Part shown: positions 1 to 9,599 of the stretch, piece by piece | How the letters are laid out: each line of letters starts with the position of its first letter | How positions within the stretch are numbered: position 1 is the first letter of the stretch | From: Acidobacteriota bacterium | GTDB taxonomy: Bacteria > Acidobacteriota > Thermoanaerobaculia > Multivoradales > UBA5704 | Length of the DNA: 64,000 bases | Direction: 5' to 3' | Assembly: GCA_040005235.1 (NCBI GenBank) | Contig: JBDTZG010000010.1 | Span: 1 to 64,000 of the forward strand | Notes under the pieces: model-generated | The model's database searches: none | Told to the model about the DNA's origin: nothing | Seen by the model: the letters and a program-made list of their open reading frames with translations, nothing else | Position numbers and translations under genes: made by a program

Positions 1-173
1 GGCTCAGTGGACCTGAACCTCAGGAAAACGGCCCTTCTGCCACGGGCTGCTAGGAGTCTTCTCCGGAAGCCTGGTCCCCGACCCCGACCGCCCCGGCCGG
101 CTCTACACCGGAACCCTCGGAGCGAGCGTGCTGCGGCTGGAAGATCGGTAGCGAAACTTTGAAGGAAGAGGTT

Positions 174-254
174 CCCGGGCGGCCGAGCTCCAGCTCGACC
201 GCTTGGGCGACCTCTCCTGCTTCAGGTGCCGAGCTGGTGCTCAGCGATCCCGGG
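174..254. repeat. REP-like palindromic element (family 1)
   Basis: Inverted arms GCCGAGCTCCAGCTCG ... CGAGCTGGTGCTC(A/G)GC. A closely similar copy lies at 24052-24132 and a half copy at 25223-25249. Confidence 0.75.
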
Positions 255-285
255 CTTCGCGAGGTCGAGGCGCTCACGCTCAAAC

Positions 286-588
286 TGCCGTATCACAGCG
301 ATCCCGACATCCTCGGCGGAACTCCGGTGTTCGTGGGCACTCGCGTTCCCGTCAGCACACTGATGGAGTACCTCGAGGCCGGCGATCCTCTGGATGAGTT
401 CTTGGAAGATTTTCCCTCTGTGGAGCGCTCTCAGGCGGTGGCCAGCAGAACCTCGGTGCCTCAGGGATCGCCGTGATGTCATCCACGCGGTCTCAAATCG
501 CCTCGGTGATCTCGTGCCGATGGTGCCGTTGGTGGTCGAGGCATTGGCGACAACCAAGGCAGGTACGGTGAATCATTTGAGAGCCTAA
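286..588 (+). pseudogene. Decayed DUF433 antitoxin / DUF5615 PIN-like toxin pair fused by a deletion
   Basis: DPDILGGTPVFVGTRVPV..LEAG..EFLEDFPSV is a DUF433 core without a native start. Near 442 the sequence switches to QQNLGASGIAV then, after a frameshift, VIHAVSNRLGDLVP..., which resembles a DUF5615 C-terminus. Confidence 0.7.
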
Positions 589-634
589 CGCTCCCGGGCT
601 TCGACGGCGGGTTTCAGCGGTAAGGAAAGCGCGG

Positions 635-666
635 GCCGCGCTCCCGCGGGGTGGCGGGAGCGCGGC
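635..666 (-). terminator. GC-rich hairpin between convergent genes
   Basis: 13-bp perfect stem GCCGCGCTCCCGC / GCGGGAGCGCGGC just downstream of the protease stop codon. Confidence 0.55.
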
Positions 667-680
667 TTGGGCTCTTTGGA

Positions 681-1643
681 TCAGAAACCGCAGCCGTCGG
701 ACGGCGGTACGTCGGCGAGGATGTCGACGTTCGGCAGGGTGTTCCAGCGCATTGAGAAGTCGAGCACGTTGCCGTTGGGCGGGAAGAGCATCGCGTTGTG
801 AATCCGATCGACCGCTCCGGGGGTGAGGCGCGAGGCCCAGAGGCGGCCGGCTTGGCATTCGGAGACGGGGCTGCCGATCAGGACTCCGACCAGTTGGCGC
901 TGGCCGGCGATGAAGACGTAGACCGGCGAGCCGCTCTGGCCGCCGACGCCGTCGTTGGTGAGGAAGAAGAGACCCTTCTCGCCGCCGTCCTGCCAGACCG
1001 CCGTGGTGTCGAGGAAGTTGTTGGCCGAGCCCGTCTGCCAGAGGGTGCCGATGTTCTTGTCGCCGGGATAGCCGATTGAAAACGGCGTGAGGTCGCCGAC
1101 CGTCGCCCACGACTGGTAGGAAAACGCCATCGGCACCGCCCCCGCGATGGGGTTGGCCAGCTCGATGATCGCGTAGTCGAGCGCTTTGTTGGTGGTGGTT
1201 CCCGCCCCCGTGTAGTCCGCGGGGACAAAGGTGCGCAAGGCGTAGTGGTCGCCGAACGGCCGGCTGCACGGCCCGGCGTTGAATTGCGCGAGACGGAAGC
1301 GGATGGGTCCCTGACGGAAGTCGTTGTTGCCGTCGATCACGCAATGCGCCGCGGTGAGGACGTACTTCGAGCCGATCAGCGTGCCCGAGCAGCCGGGCGC
1401 CCCCGAGAGATCGAGCCGGCCGACGTGACGCCAAGGAGAGTTGGCCGAAAGGGCGACGGCCGCGGTGGTCGGCCCCTGGACCCGATCGTCGCAGCCGAGG
1501 ATCTGGACCGATGCCGAGCATTGAGAAAGACAGGCGGTGATCTGCGCCGCGGCCGGCGGGAGCGGTGCCGCTAGCACCACGAGAGAAGCGAAAGAGGCGA
1601 AGCGGGCGGCGCGGCGGACGGTATGAGCGACGGGGGTCAACAT
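681..1643 (-). CDS. Secreted trypsin-like (S1, V8-type) serine protease
   Basis: Signal-peptide-like N-terminus. Catalytic motifs TAAHC, LDYAII and GGQSGSP, plus GYPGDK. Start chosen at ATG 1643. Confidence 0.88.
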   Translation of the reverse strand: MLTPVAHTVRRAARFASFASLVVLAAPLPPAAAQITACLSQCSASVQILGCDDRVQGPTTAAVALSANSPWRHVGRLDLSGAPGCSGTLIGSKYVLTAAHCVIDGNNDFRQGPIRFRLAQFNAGPCSRPFGDHYALRTFVPADYTGAGTTTNKALDYAIIELANPIAGAVPMAFSYQSWATVGDLTPFSIGYPGDKNIGTLWQTGSANNFLDTTAVWQDGGEKGLFFLTNDGVGGQSGSPVYVFIAGQRQLVGVLIGSPVSECQAGRLWASRLTPGAVDRIHNAMLFPPNGNVLDFSMRWNTLPNVDILADVPPSDGCGF

Positions 1644-1887
1644 GGCGGCGATCTCCGGGTGCGGCGAAACGAAGACTGGGCAACTCCGGCCTTCACACCC
1701 CTGAACGAAGCTCACGCTCGGAATCCCTCACCTCGGGAAAAACCAGGCAGGTGCCCGGCCCGGAAGCCGAGCCGGGCACCTCGTGCTCCGCGCCGCCGGG
1801 GCGGCACAAGGATTTCGCCAACGACACCCCCTCCGCTTCCGTATACCTCCCCGTCCCCGAGAGGACCATCCGCAGAAAGGGCTCGCG

Positions 1888-3873
1888 ATGCGCCGCACCT
1901 ATTTGAAGACCGGAACCTGCCTTGGCGCGCGAGTCGCCCTAGCTGCGGCCGCGCTCGCCCTGCTCGCCGCCGTTCCTGCTGTCGCCGCGAACTGGAAATC
2001 GGCCGGTCCCGCAGGGGGGTTCAATCGCATCGCCCAGGCTCCGAGCGAGCCGGGCCGGCTCTATGGCGGGACGTCGGCCGCCGGGGGATTCGGCAGCCTC
2101 GACGGCGGCCGGAGCTGGCGCCCTCTGCCGGGCCTGTCGGGCCTCGCCGCGCCGATCTTAGAAGCCGTGGCCGTGGCGCCGGACGACGCAGACACGGTCT
2201 ATTTCTTCTCGCACGCCAACGAAGGCGACCAACTCCTCCGCAGCCGCGACGGCGGCGCTCACTTCGAGCGGCTGGTCAATGGATTGACTTCGGGGGCGAC
2301 ACAATTCACGGCCCTGGCGATCGCACCTTATGACGCGCGCATCCTCACCCTCGGCACGAACGACGGCGTGTTCCAAAGCGACGACGGGGGGGACCTCTTG
2401 CACAGCACCTCGTTCTCCGGCCAGGAGATTCAAGGGCTGGCGTTCGATCCGAACGGACCACGTAACGTGATTGCCGTCGTCAATACCGGGTCGAGCGCGC
2501 CGTCGGTCTGGCTCAGCCGCGACGGGGGCCTGAGCTGGAGTGTGACCGCCGGCCCGGACGGCGGATTTCCGTTCCTGCGTCCCGTGTTCGATCCGGTGCA
2601 GATCGGTACCCTCTACCTGGTCTCGGGATTTCGCCTGTTCCGATCCCCTGATCTCGGCGCCACCTGGACGGAAGTGCCCACCGGCCGCAACGACATCACG
2701 GACGTTGCGGTCCTGTCCGACGGCACCTTACTCGCAGCGAGCTTTTCCGGCATCTACCGGAGCGCCGATGGCGGGGCCGGATGGTTGTCCTCCGGTCCCG
2801 AGCCGGCCTCAATCCGCCCGGCGCAGCCGGTCTTCCGGATCGACCCTCTATCGGACGGTGCCGCGGTGGGCGCCTTCGCGCTCGGATCGAGCGGGCTCTG
2901 GCGCACGGACGACGGCGGCGAGACCTGGTCCGAAGCCAGCCGCGGGATTCGCGCCCACACCGTGATCGGCCTTGAAGCGGGGTCCGCGATCTACACCAAC
3001 CTGGACGGCGCGGGCGTCTTTCGCAAAACGACCGCGACGGGTCCCTGGGTGAAAACCCATCCGGGAACGACGCTGCCGCTGCCGGGCCTCGACTACTCCG
3101 CCGATCACCTCCGACTGCTAGCGGTCGATCCGCGCAATCCCAACATCGCGCTAGCCGATTTCGGCAGCCGCCTGGTCCAAACCCGAGACGGCGGCCTCAC
3201 CTGGCCGACCCGGCTACCCGCCACGCCGGACGCTTTCGGGTTGAACATCAACGCCGCCGTCTTCGCGCCGAGCAATCCGAAGTACGCGTATGTCTCGGCC
3301 CTCAAACTGTCGAGCGTTGACGGCGCGGAGAACACCCTCTGGCGCAGCCTCAATCGCGGATTCACCTGGGAAAAGGTCAACGCCTTCGGCAATCTCCTGG
3401 CGCTCGCGGTCGATCCGCGCAACCCCAAGAAGCTCTACGCGGCGAGCAACGCCACCTTCGCAGTGAGCGAGAACGGCGGCGTCAGCTGGCAAACGATCGG
3501 CCGTGGTCTGCCGACCCGCATCAGCCCGAGCCGCTCGATCCGCATCGACCCCGGCGATCCCCAGCACATTTATCTTTCGACCCGTCCCGGCGTCTGGGAG
3601 AGCCGCGACGGCGGCACGACGTTCCACCACCTGGGAACCAATCTCGGCAACGTTCTCGTCAATCGCCTGGCGCTTGACGCTTCCGGTCTCTACGCCAGTC
3701 TCCCCGATCGCGGCATCTTCCGCTGGAACCTGACCTCCCGAATCTGGCAGCCGGTCGGCAACCGGTTTCCCGCCGCCAACTTCAGCGGAACCTTCGTCCT
3801 CGATCCCCACCGCCCGGGGCGTCTCTGGGCCGCCACCTTCGGCGCAGGGTTGTTCAGCCTGGAGCCGGAGTAG
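1888..3873 (+). CDS. Secreted BNR/Asp-box (VPS10-like) beta-propeller protein
   Basis: Signal peptide ending AVA. Many S-x-D-G-G-x-(S/T)-W repeats and VDPRNP motifs. Confidence 0.88.
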   Translation: MRRTYLKTGTCLGARVALAAAALALLAAVPAVAANWKSAGPAGGFNRIAQAPSEPGRLYGGTSAAGGFGSLDGGRSWRPLPGLSGLAAPILEAVAVAPDDADTVYFFSHANEGDQLLRSRDGGAHFERLVNGLTSGATQFTALAIAPYDARILTLGTNDGVFQSDDGGDLLHSTSFSGQEIQGLAFDPNGPRNVIAVVNTGSSAPSVWLSRDGGLSWSVTAGPDGGFPFLRPVFDPVQIGTLYLVSGFRLFRSPDLGATWTEVPTGRNDITDVAVLSDGTLLAASFSGIYRSADGGAGWLSSGPEPASIRPAQPVFRIDPLSDGAAVGAFALGSSGLWRTDDGGETWSEASRGIRAHTVIGLEAGSAIYTNLDGAGVFRKTTATGPWVKTHPGTTLPLPGLDYSADHLRLLAVDPRNPNIALADFGSRLVQTRDGGLTWPTRLPATPDAFGLNINAAVFAPSNPKYAYVSALKLSSVDGAENTLWRSLNRGFTWEKVNAFGNLLALAVDPRNPKKLYAASNATFAVSENGGVSWQTIGRGLPTRISPSRSIRIDPGDPQHIYLSTRPGVWESRDGGTTFHHLGTNLGNVLVNRLALDASGLYASLPDRGIFRWNLTSRIWQPVGNRFPAANFSGTFVLDPHRPGRLWAATFGAGLFSLEPE

Positions 3874-3951
3874 GAGGAGTCGGCGGCGCAAAACCGCGCG
3901 GAATCAAACTCCAGCTTGATCCTATCGCCGCATAGGGTTACGCTCCGAACC

Positions 3952-4245
3952 ATGCAAGTGGTCGCGATGCAGGAACTTGAGGATCACCTCGGCGAGTACG
4001 TCCGGCGTGCTCAGGCAGGAGAAACGCTCCTGATCACCTCCCACGGTGAAGTCGTTGCCGAGCTTCGCTCCTCCAAGCTCGACCCCGCGAGCGATGCCCC
4101 TTTGAGCGGCCTCCAAGAGCTGGTTCGCCGAGGGACCGCACACGGTGTTGTCCGTAACGATCCCTCGCAGTACCGGACTTACGAACGGGTAACGAACAGC
4201 ACCACCGCCCAAGATCTCCTGAACTGGGATCGCAACGATCGGTGA
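3952..4245 (+). CDS. Phd/YefM-family antitoxin
   Basis: ELEDHLGEYVRRAQAGETLLITSHGEVVAEL pattern. Stop overlaps the next GTG start (GTGA). Confidence 0.8.
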   Translation: MQVVAMQELEDHLGEYVRRAQAGETLLITSHGEVVAELRSSKLDPASDAPLSGLQELVRRGTAHGVVRNDPSQYRTYERVTNSTTAQDLLNWDRNDR

Positions 4246-4376
4246 TCGTTTACGCGGAGTCGAGCGCCGTGCTGTCCTGGCTGTTCGGCGAGCCGCGGGG
4301 GTCTGAGGTCCGCAGCATCCTGGAAAGTGCCGAGTTTGTCGTCACCTCGGATCTCACGCTGATTGAGGTCGACTGA
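4242..4376 (+). pseudogene. Truncated PIN/VapC toxin (N-terminal 44 aa only)
   Basis: MIVYAESSAVLSWLFGEP...TSDLTLIEVD then TGA. There is no room for the remainder before the convergent RluA-family gene. Confidence 0.72.
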
Positions 4377-4403
4377 ATATCGCCCGTACCCGAAGCTGAA
4401 GCC

Positions 4404-5387
4404 CTACCGTCCGCCCTTCCGGCCCGCCCGCAGCCGGTCCAGGATCTCCAAGAAATCCTCCGGCGGCGGCTCGTCGAATTGGAGCCGGGCGCCGCTGTGG
4501 GGGTGGTCGAAGCCCAGCTCGGCGGCGTGGAGCATGGGGCGGGAGGCGACGATCCGCGGCGATTTTCCGGCGCCGCGAATGTAGACCTTCTCCCCCACCA
4601 GCGGGTGTCCGTCCTCGGCGAGGTGGATGCGGATTTGATGGGTGCGGCCGGTTTCGAGCTCGCATTCGACCAAAGTCGCCCCGGCGAGACGTTCGATCGG
4701 GCGGATGCGGGTGGCCGCGCGCTTCGCTTCCCTGGGCGGTCCTCCCGGTCCGCGCCAGGAGCCGCGCAGGCCGTCGCCCCGGTCTTCGACCAGCCAGCTC
4801 TCGATGTCGGCGGCTTCGACGTTCCCCTCCGCGATCGCGAGATAGCGCCGTAACGCCGCATGCTCGCCGAGCTGCTCTTGGAGCTTGCGTTGGGCCGGGA
4901 TGTTGCGTGCGAAGACGACCAGGCCGGAGGTCTCCTTGTCCAGGCGCTGGACCGCCCGCAGGGTGAGGTTCGGCTTATTTCCCTTCGCCGTCTCCCGCCG
5001 CCTCAAGGCGACGCGGGTGAGCGCGATCAGGGTGTCGCGGTCCTTGTCCTCGAACGGCACGGTGAGGACCCCCGCGGGTTTGACCACCACGGCGACGTCC
5101 GGATCGGAATGGACGATCCGAATCACCGGCACCGAGGGCACTCCCCCGGGCCGCGTCGCGGCGATCTCGATCTTGCTCTCGGCCTCGGGCCGGAACGCCG
5201 CCTCGCGCTCCACCCGACCGTCGACCGTCACCCCCCCGGCCACGATCCGCTCCCGCGCCGCGCGCCAGGAGAGTCCCGGCTCCGACTCCCTCACCCGCGC
5301 CGCGAGCGTTGGAATCTCAAGACCCGGCGCCTTCTCGGGTAGGGGTTTCGGCTTCGGCTTTCTCGGCCGCTTTCTCATCACTGGCAT
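4404..5387 (-). CDS. RluA/RluD-family pseudouridine synthase with S4-like N-terminal region
   Basis: KPAG, QRLDKETSG (catalytic Asp), TGRTHQIR and LHAAELGFDHP motifs. Confidence 0.93.
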   Translation of the reverse strand: MPVMRKRPRKPKPKPLPEKAPGLEIPTLAARVRESEPGLSWRAARERIVAGGVTVDGRVEREAAFRPEAESKIEIAATRPGGVPSVPVIRIVHSDPDVAVVVKPAGVLTVPFEDKDRDTLIALTRVALRRRETAKGNKPNLTLRAVQRLDKETSGLVVFARNIPAQRKLQEQLGEHAALRRYLAIAEGNVEAADIESWLVEDRGDGLRGSWRGPGGPPREAKRAATRIRPIERLAGATLVECELETGRTHQIRIHLAEDGHPLVGEKVYIRGAGKSPRIVASRPMLHAAELGFDHPHSGARLQFDEPPPEDFLEILDRLRAGRKGGR

Positions 5388-5488
5388 CTTCTGGGGCTCT
5401 CCTCTCGCTCAGTGTATCTCGCGCCCCCCACCCAGCCCCTTCCCGGCCCCAAGCCGCGCTGATACACTCCAAACAATCCGAAGATTCG

Positions 5489-6127
5489 ATGATGGACTCC
5501 AAAGAGTTGCAGGCGATTCTCCAACGGGCGCTCGCGGGCGACCCGGCAGCGCAATGCGAGCTGGTCGACCTGCTCACCCCGGTTATCCAGAAGCGGGTCG
5601 CCCGCGCGCTGCTGAAGTACTGCCAGGGTCCTTCGGGTGCGCGCAACGTTCACCAGGAGGCGGGGGATCTTACCCAGGAGGTCTTCTTCTACCTGTTAGC
5701 CAAGGATGCGCGCGTGCTGCGCCGGTGGGACCCGGAGCTCGGTCTGTCGCTCCTGAATTTCGTCGGCTTGGTGGCAGAGCGGCGTGCCTTGTGGATCCTG
5801 CGCGGCAGGCTGAGCCCCTGGATCGACGAACCGACGTTGATCGAAGAGCTGCCGGACCAGCCGTACAGCGGCGACAATCCGGAGCGGGCAGCGTCCTCAC
5901 GCGAGATCCTGCGGCTGCTGCTCGATCAGTTAAAAGATCGCCTCTCTGCCGAGGGTTGGCACATGTTCGACCTGCTCTTCCGGCAGGAGCTGTCGCCAGC
6001 AGAGGTCGCCCAAAGAACCGGCAAGAGCCTGGCCGCGGTCTACAAATGGCAGAGCCGGTTGAGCCAGTTAGCGCGTCGTATTCTCGCCGAGTTGTCGAAT
6101 TCGGACGGAGAACCGCAAAATCCCTGA
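5489..6127 (+). CDS. ECF-type RNA polymerase sigma-70 factor
   Basis: Region 2 DLTQEVF and region 4 HTH LSPAEVAQRTGKSLAAVYKWQSRL. Confidence 0.88.
   Translation: MMDSKELQAILQRALAGDPAAQCELVDLLTPVIQKRVARALLKYCQGPSGARNVHQEAGDLTQEVFFYLLAKDARVLRRWDPELGLSLLNFVGLVAERRALWILRGRLSPWIDEPTLIEELPDQPYSGDNPERAASSREILRLLLDQLKDRLSAEGWHMFDLLFRQELSPAEVAQRTGKSLAAVYKWQSRLSQLARRILAELSNSDGEPQNP
6092..6123 (+). promoter_or_regulatory. Candidate ECF promoter, copy 1 (inside the sigma 3' end, upstream of the anti-sigma gene)
   Basis: TTGTCGA-16 nt-GCAAAATCC, same spacing as the three other copies. Confidence 0.7.
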
Positions 6128-6128
6128 C

Positions 6129-6929
6129 ATGAGAGAACGACCGACGATGGATGACACAGGACTCCTACGCGATCTGGCCCGCGCCGCCCGTGAAGAAGAG
6201 GCGGAAGAGCGCGACCTTTGGGATCGCTGGGACCGCCTGACCGACGGCACGCTGTCGCCGGAAGAGGAAGCCGAGCTCCGAGCGTTGGCCCAAAGCTCTC
6301 CCGAAGCGGAGCAGGCCTACGAGGCGTTTCGCCCGCTTTCCCCGGAGTTCCGCGCCAAAATGGTGGCCGAGATCGGGCCGATGATCCGACCGTCTCTGTT
6401 CATCCGCTGGCGCGACGCCTTCATCCGTTGGCGCGACGCACACCTCGTCGTGTGGCGTGCCGCCTATTCCGGATCGGGGCTCGCGTCAGCGGCGGCGGCG
6501 CTGTACTTCATGGTGTCGCTTCCTGCCGTGCCGTTGTTCGTGGTCGAACTCGAGCCGGTCTTGGCTATTCGCGGCGATTCGACGGTCTTCACACCGGGCG
6601 GAGGGTTCAAAGCGACGGTCTGGCCGGAAAAAGAGACTTCATCCCGGTCCCAGATCAACCTCCGGTGCTACATCGAATCCAAATCTCCCGCGGCCAAACC
6701 GCTTCGCGCAATTCAATGCGTCGTCGCCGAGCGCTTGAAAACGGGCTGGATGTCGATCCAAGGGCGCCTTCCCAAAGACCAATCGATCGGACCCTCGACG
6801 CTCTGGCTCGTCTTCGCCTACTCCGGCAATCAACCCGACTTGGACGAGGTCGGAAAAGTCGCGAAAACGCACACCAAAAGCCGAGATTGGAAGGCTGTAC
6901 CGAGTCCGATGGAAATCCGGGCGCCATGA
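6129..6929 (+). CDS. Putative membrane-bound anti-sigma factor
   Basis: Starts 1 nt after the sigma stop. Helical N-terminus with GTLSPEEEAELR (anti-sigma-like), one hydrophobic segment (LASAAAALYFMVSL), then a beta-rich C-terminal domain. Alternative start at 6147. Confidence 0.65.
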   Translation: MRERPTMDDTGLLRDLARAAREEEAEERDLWDRWDRLTDGTLSPEEEAELRALAQSSPEAEQAYEAFRPLSPEFRAKMVAEIGPMIRPSLFIRWRDAFIRWRDAHLVVWRAAYSGSGLASAAAALYFMVSLPAVPLFVVELEPVLAIRGDSTVFTPGGGFKATVWPEKETSSRSQINLRCYIESKSPAAKPLRAIQCVVAERLKTGWMSIQGRLPKDQSIGPSTLWLVFAYSGNQPDLDEVGKVAKTHTKSRDWKAVPSPMEIRAP

Positions 6930-6933
6930 TGCG

Positions 6934-9519
6934 ATGACCCCGCGCCGCATCCTGCTCGTCGGCTTGATCATTTTAACTCTGGCGGCAGCCCTGCCTAGCG
7001 GCTGCGGGACTCCAGCTCCAGCTCCAGCTCCCCCGCCTTCCTATCTCAGCGTCGAGTTTACCGGCTGCTTGGCCACCGCATCTCCGGGGTCCGTCTGCAT
7101 CCTCGACAAAACGCGACGCCTCACCCTTTGGGTGCCAGAGTCCATCGAGTCGGAAATCAAGATCCGTTCCGGAGGTTGCAACCTTGAGGGGGAAGGGGAG
7201 CCCAGCGACGAAGGAGTACGGTACATCGTCACGATTCCCAAAGGGGCGGAGCGGATCGAGGTCGTCCGAACAAGTCAAGTAGGCGGAGAGGCGCGCTGGA
7301 CCCTCGCCGTCGCGGGACCGCGTCCCCTCAAGAAGGGGGAGAACGATGTTCAAGGCGAAATCAACCGAATTACAGCCATGCTTTGGAAATCGATTCAAGA
7401 CCTTCGATTCGCGGAAGTACATTCCGGCTTGGACCGCCTTGATCGACTCGCCCAGGAGACGAGGCTCCCCTCCATCTCGCGATACTACCTGGCCTATTAC
7501 AAAGGTTTGCTCGCGGGCAAGGAGGAAGACTACCGCCAGGCCCTCTCCGAGTTGACACGCGCTGGAACGATCGCTCGACAGGTGAATCTACTGAGGGAGG
7601 CCTGGGTCGCCGACGAAGCTCTTGCGCTTCGTTGGACCGAGCTGGGCCGGGCCAAAGAAGTTTCGGAGGTATATGAACGCCTGTCAAAGTCACCCGCCGC
7701 CAAGGACGGCTGTGAACGCGGCCAGCTCCTGATCAACTGGGCCTGGGCCACCTTGCTCGCGCGAGAAGCTGGAGGATTTCCCGTTGCCGGGCTGGCAGAG
7801 CCTTTGCCTCTCCTTGACAGGGCTTCGAAGGAGCTGCGCGCGGAGACGAAATGCACATCGAGCCTCTACTACGATCTGCATTTCAATCGGGCGCTCGCCG
7901 AGCTCCAAGCCGATCGCCCCAAGCTCGCGGCCGAGGCACTCGCAAACGCAAGCGCCTTCGACGAAGGGACCACCTTTTTTCAAACTCTCTGGGAGCTCGA
8001 CCTCGAAGCGCGGCTGGAAATCGAGCGTGGCGCCTCTCGTCGAGCCCTCGAAATCTATCGGCAACTGGAAGTTCAGGCTCGCCACGCGGGCTCTCCCGAT
8101 GGTCAGTTGCGCGCCGCGGTGGGAAAGGCAAAGGCAAAGGCCGCACTCGGAGACAGCGAAACGGCCTTGAGCCTCCTTGCCCACGCGGAAGACTTGCTCA
8201 ACCGCGAGAGCCTGCAGATTCCGCTTCACGAAGGGCGGGAGACCTTCGTATCGCAACGGGAGGGAGTGGAAAGCCTGGAGATCGGGCTCCTTCTAGAATC
8301 GGGAAGGAACGCCGACGCCCTTGCCGCCGCGCGTCGAGCCCGAACCCGATTCCTGATTCAGCTCGCCTCCGCGGAGCGCGTGGCGGGCCTATCGCCCTCC
8401 GATCGAAACGTTTGGAGTCGGGCGATCAACAGCTATCAGACAAAGCGCGGCCAAGCCGATGAAATGGCGCGCAACGAACGCTTCCTTTTCGCCTCTCAAC
8501 TCGGCCCCAACCGAGCCGCGCAGAAGGCCCTGGTCGCTGAGGGCGAGCATGACCTCGAGCAGGCGTTCGCACTTCTCGGTGATCTACCTCAGCGTCAGAC
8601 GCCCTCTCCTCCTCGGCCAGGCGAGCTGTTGCTGGCTTTCCACCCGATCCAAAACGGCTGGGTCGCATTCTCCTCGGATGGCAAGAGAGTCGCGTCGAAC
8701 GCTTTCGATCTGACGCCGGCTCTCCTCCAGAATCCCGCCGCGCTGTCCAAGGAGGTGCTCGCACCTTTCCACGATGCGATCCTCCGAGCCAAACGCATCC
8801 GTATCCTGCCGTACGGCGCGCTTCGTGAAATCGATTTCCACGCCTTGCCTTTCGACGGCGACGTCCTCCTCGCAGCACGGCCCGTGGTTTACGGCCTCGA
8901 CCTTGCCGCGCCGCGCCGCGCACAGTCCCGCGGCGCGCCGAAGCGAAAAATGGCCCTGCTGGTCGACGATCCCAACGACAACCTCCCCGCTGCACGGCGC
9001 GAGGCCGAAATAACCGCCCAAGCGATCGGACGCTGGAAGCGACCTTGGGATGTAGTCCGGCTCACCTCTACAGGCGCCACCAGCGAGGCGATCTGGAAAA
9101 ACCTCGCCAAGGCGGACCTTTTTCATTTTTCGGGACACGGCACGTTCGGTGGAATCGGCGGTTGGGAAAGCGGCCTCCGAGTCGCCGACAAGGGAGAATT
9201 GACCGTCGGCCAGCTACTCGTAGTCCCCCGATCGCCTCGCTGGATCGTGCTCTCGGGATGCGATACGGCGCGGGCGGCAACGGATACCCGGATCGAGGGA
9301 TTCGGCCTCGCGAACGCCCTGGTTCTTGCCGGAGCAGAAAGCGTGATCGCTTCCGTGCGGCCCGTGGTGGATCGAACCGCCCCCTCATTATTTGGCCACC
9401 TCTACGGCGATTGGGACGGTGAAAGCGATCTGGCCGAAGCTCTCCAGCAGGCCCAGCTCGCCTGGAGGCGGGAGATGCCGAACGTCGACTGGCAGAGCTT
9501 CCGGATCATCGAGCCGTAA
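6934..9519 (+). CDS. TPR-CHAT (caspase-like peptidase) protein, probable lipoprotein
   Basis: Signal peptide with LPSGC lipobox-like motif and a helical TPR-like middle. CHAT motifs LREIDFHAL, NLPAARREA, FHFSGHG (His), VLSGCDT (Cys), GLANALVLAGA..VIAS and WQSF. Confidence 0.9.
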   Translation: MTPRRILLVGLIILTLAAALPSGCGTPAPAPAPPPSYLSVEFTGCLATASPGSVCILDKTRRLTLWVPESIESEIKIRSGGCNLEGEGEPSDEGVRYIVTIPKGAERIEVVRTSQVGGEARWTLAVAGPRPLKKGENDVQGEINRITAMLWKSIQDLRFAEVHSGLDRLDRLAQETRLPSISRYYLAYYKGLLAGKEEDYRQALSELTRAGTIARQVNLLREAWVADEALALRWTELGRAKEVSEVYERLSKSPAAKDGCERGQLLINWAWATLLAREAGGFPVAGLAEPLPLLDRASKELRAETKCTSSLYYDLHFNRALAELQADRPKLAAEALANASAFDEGTTFFQTLWELDLEARLEIERGASRRALEIYRQLEVQARHAGSPDGQLRAAVGKAKAKAALGDSETALSLLAHAEDLLNRESLQIPLHEGRETFVSQREGVESLEIGLLLESGRNADALAAARRARTRFLIQLASAERVAGLSPSDRNVWSRAINSYQTKRGQADEMARNERFLFASQLGPNRAAQKALVAEGEHDLEQAFALLGDLPQRQTPSPPRPGELLLAFHPIQNGWVAFSSDGKRVASNAFDLTPALLQNPAALSKEVLAPFHDAILRAKRIRILPYGALREIDFHALPFDGDVLLAARPVVYGLDLAAPRRAQSRGAPKRKMALLVDDPNDNLPAARREAEITAQAIGRWKRPWDVVRLTSTGATSEAIWKNLAKADLFHFSGHGTFGGIGGWESGLRVADKGELTVGQLLVVPRSPRWIVLSGCDTARAATDTRIEGFGLANALVLAGAESVIASVRPVVDRTAPSLFGHLYGDWDGESDLAEALQQAQLAWRREMPNVDWQSFRIIEP

Positions 9520-9544
9520 CGTTTCAGCTCGATCTCGCGCCCAA

Positions 9545-9576
9545 TTGTCAAATTCAGACAGTTGGCGGCAAAAGCC
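9545..9576 (+). promoter_or_regulatory. Candidate ECF promoter, copy 2 (upstream of the S8 protease)
   Basis: TTGTCAA-16 nt-GCAAAAGCC, followed by a GAGGAG RBS. Confidence 0.72.
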
Positions 9577-9599
9577 TCTTATCGGAAGAGGAGATCCTT

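Noticed and set aside
6399-6440. 21-bp tandem duplication (FIRWRDA twice) in the anti-sigma gene
   Set aside because: Real, but a single in-frame duplication in a linker with no evidence of function.
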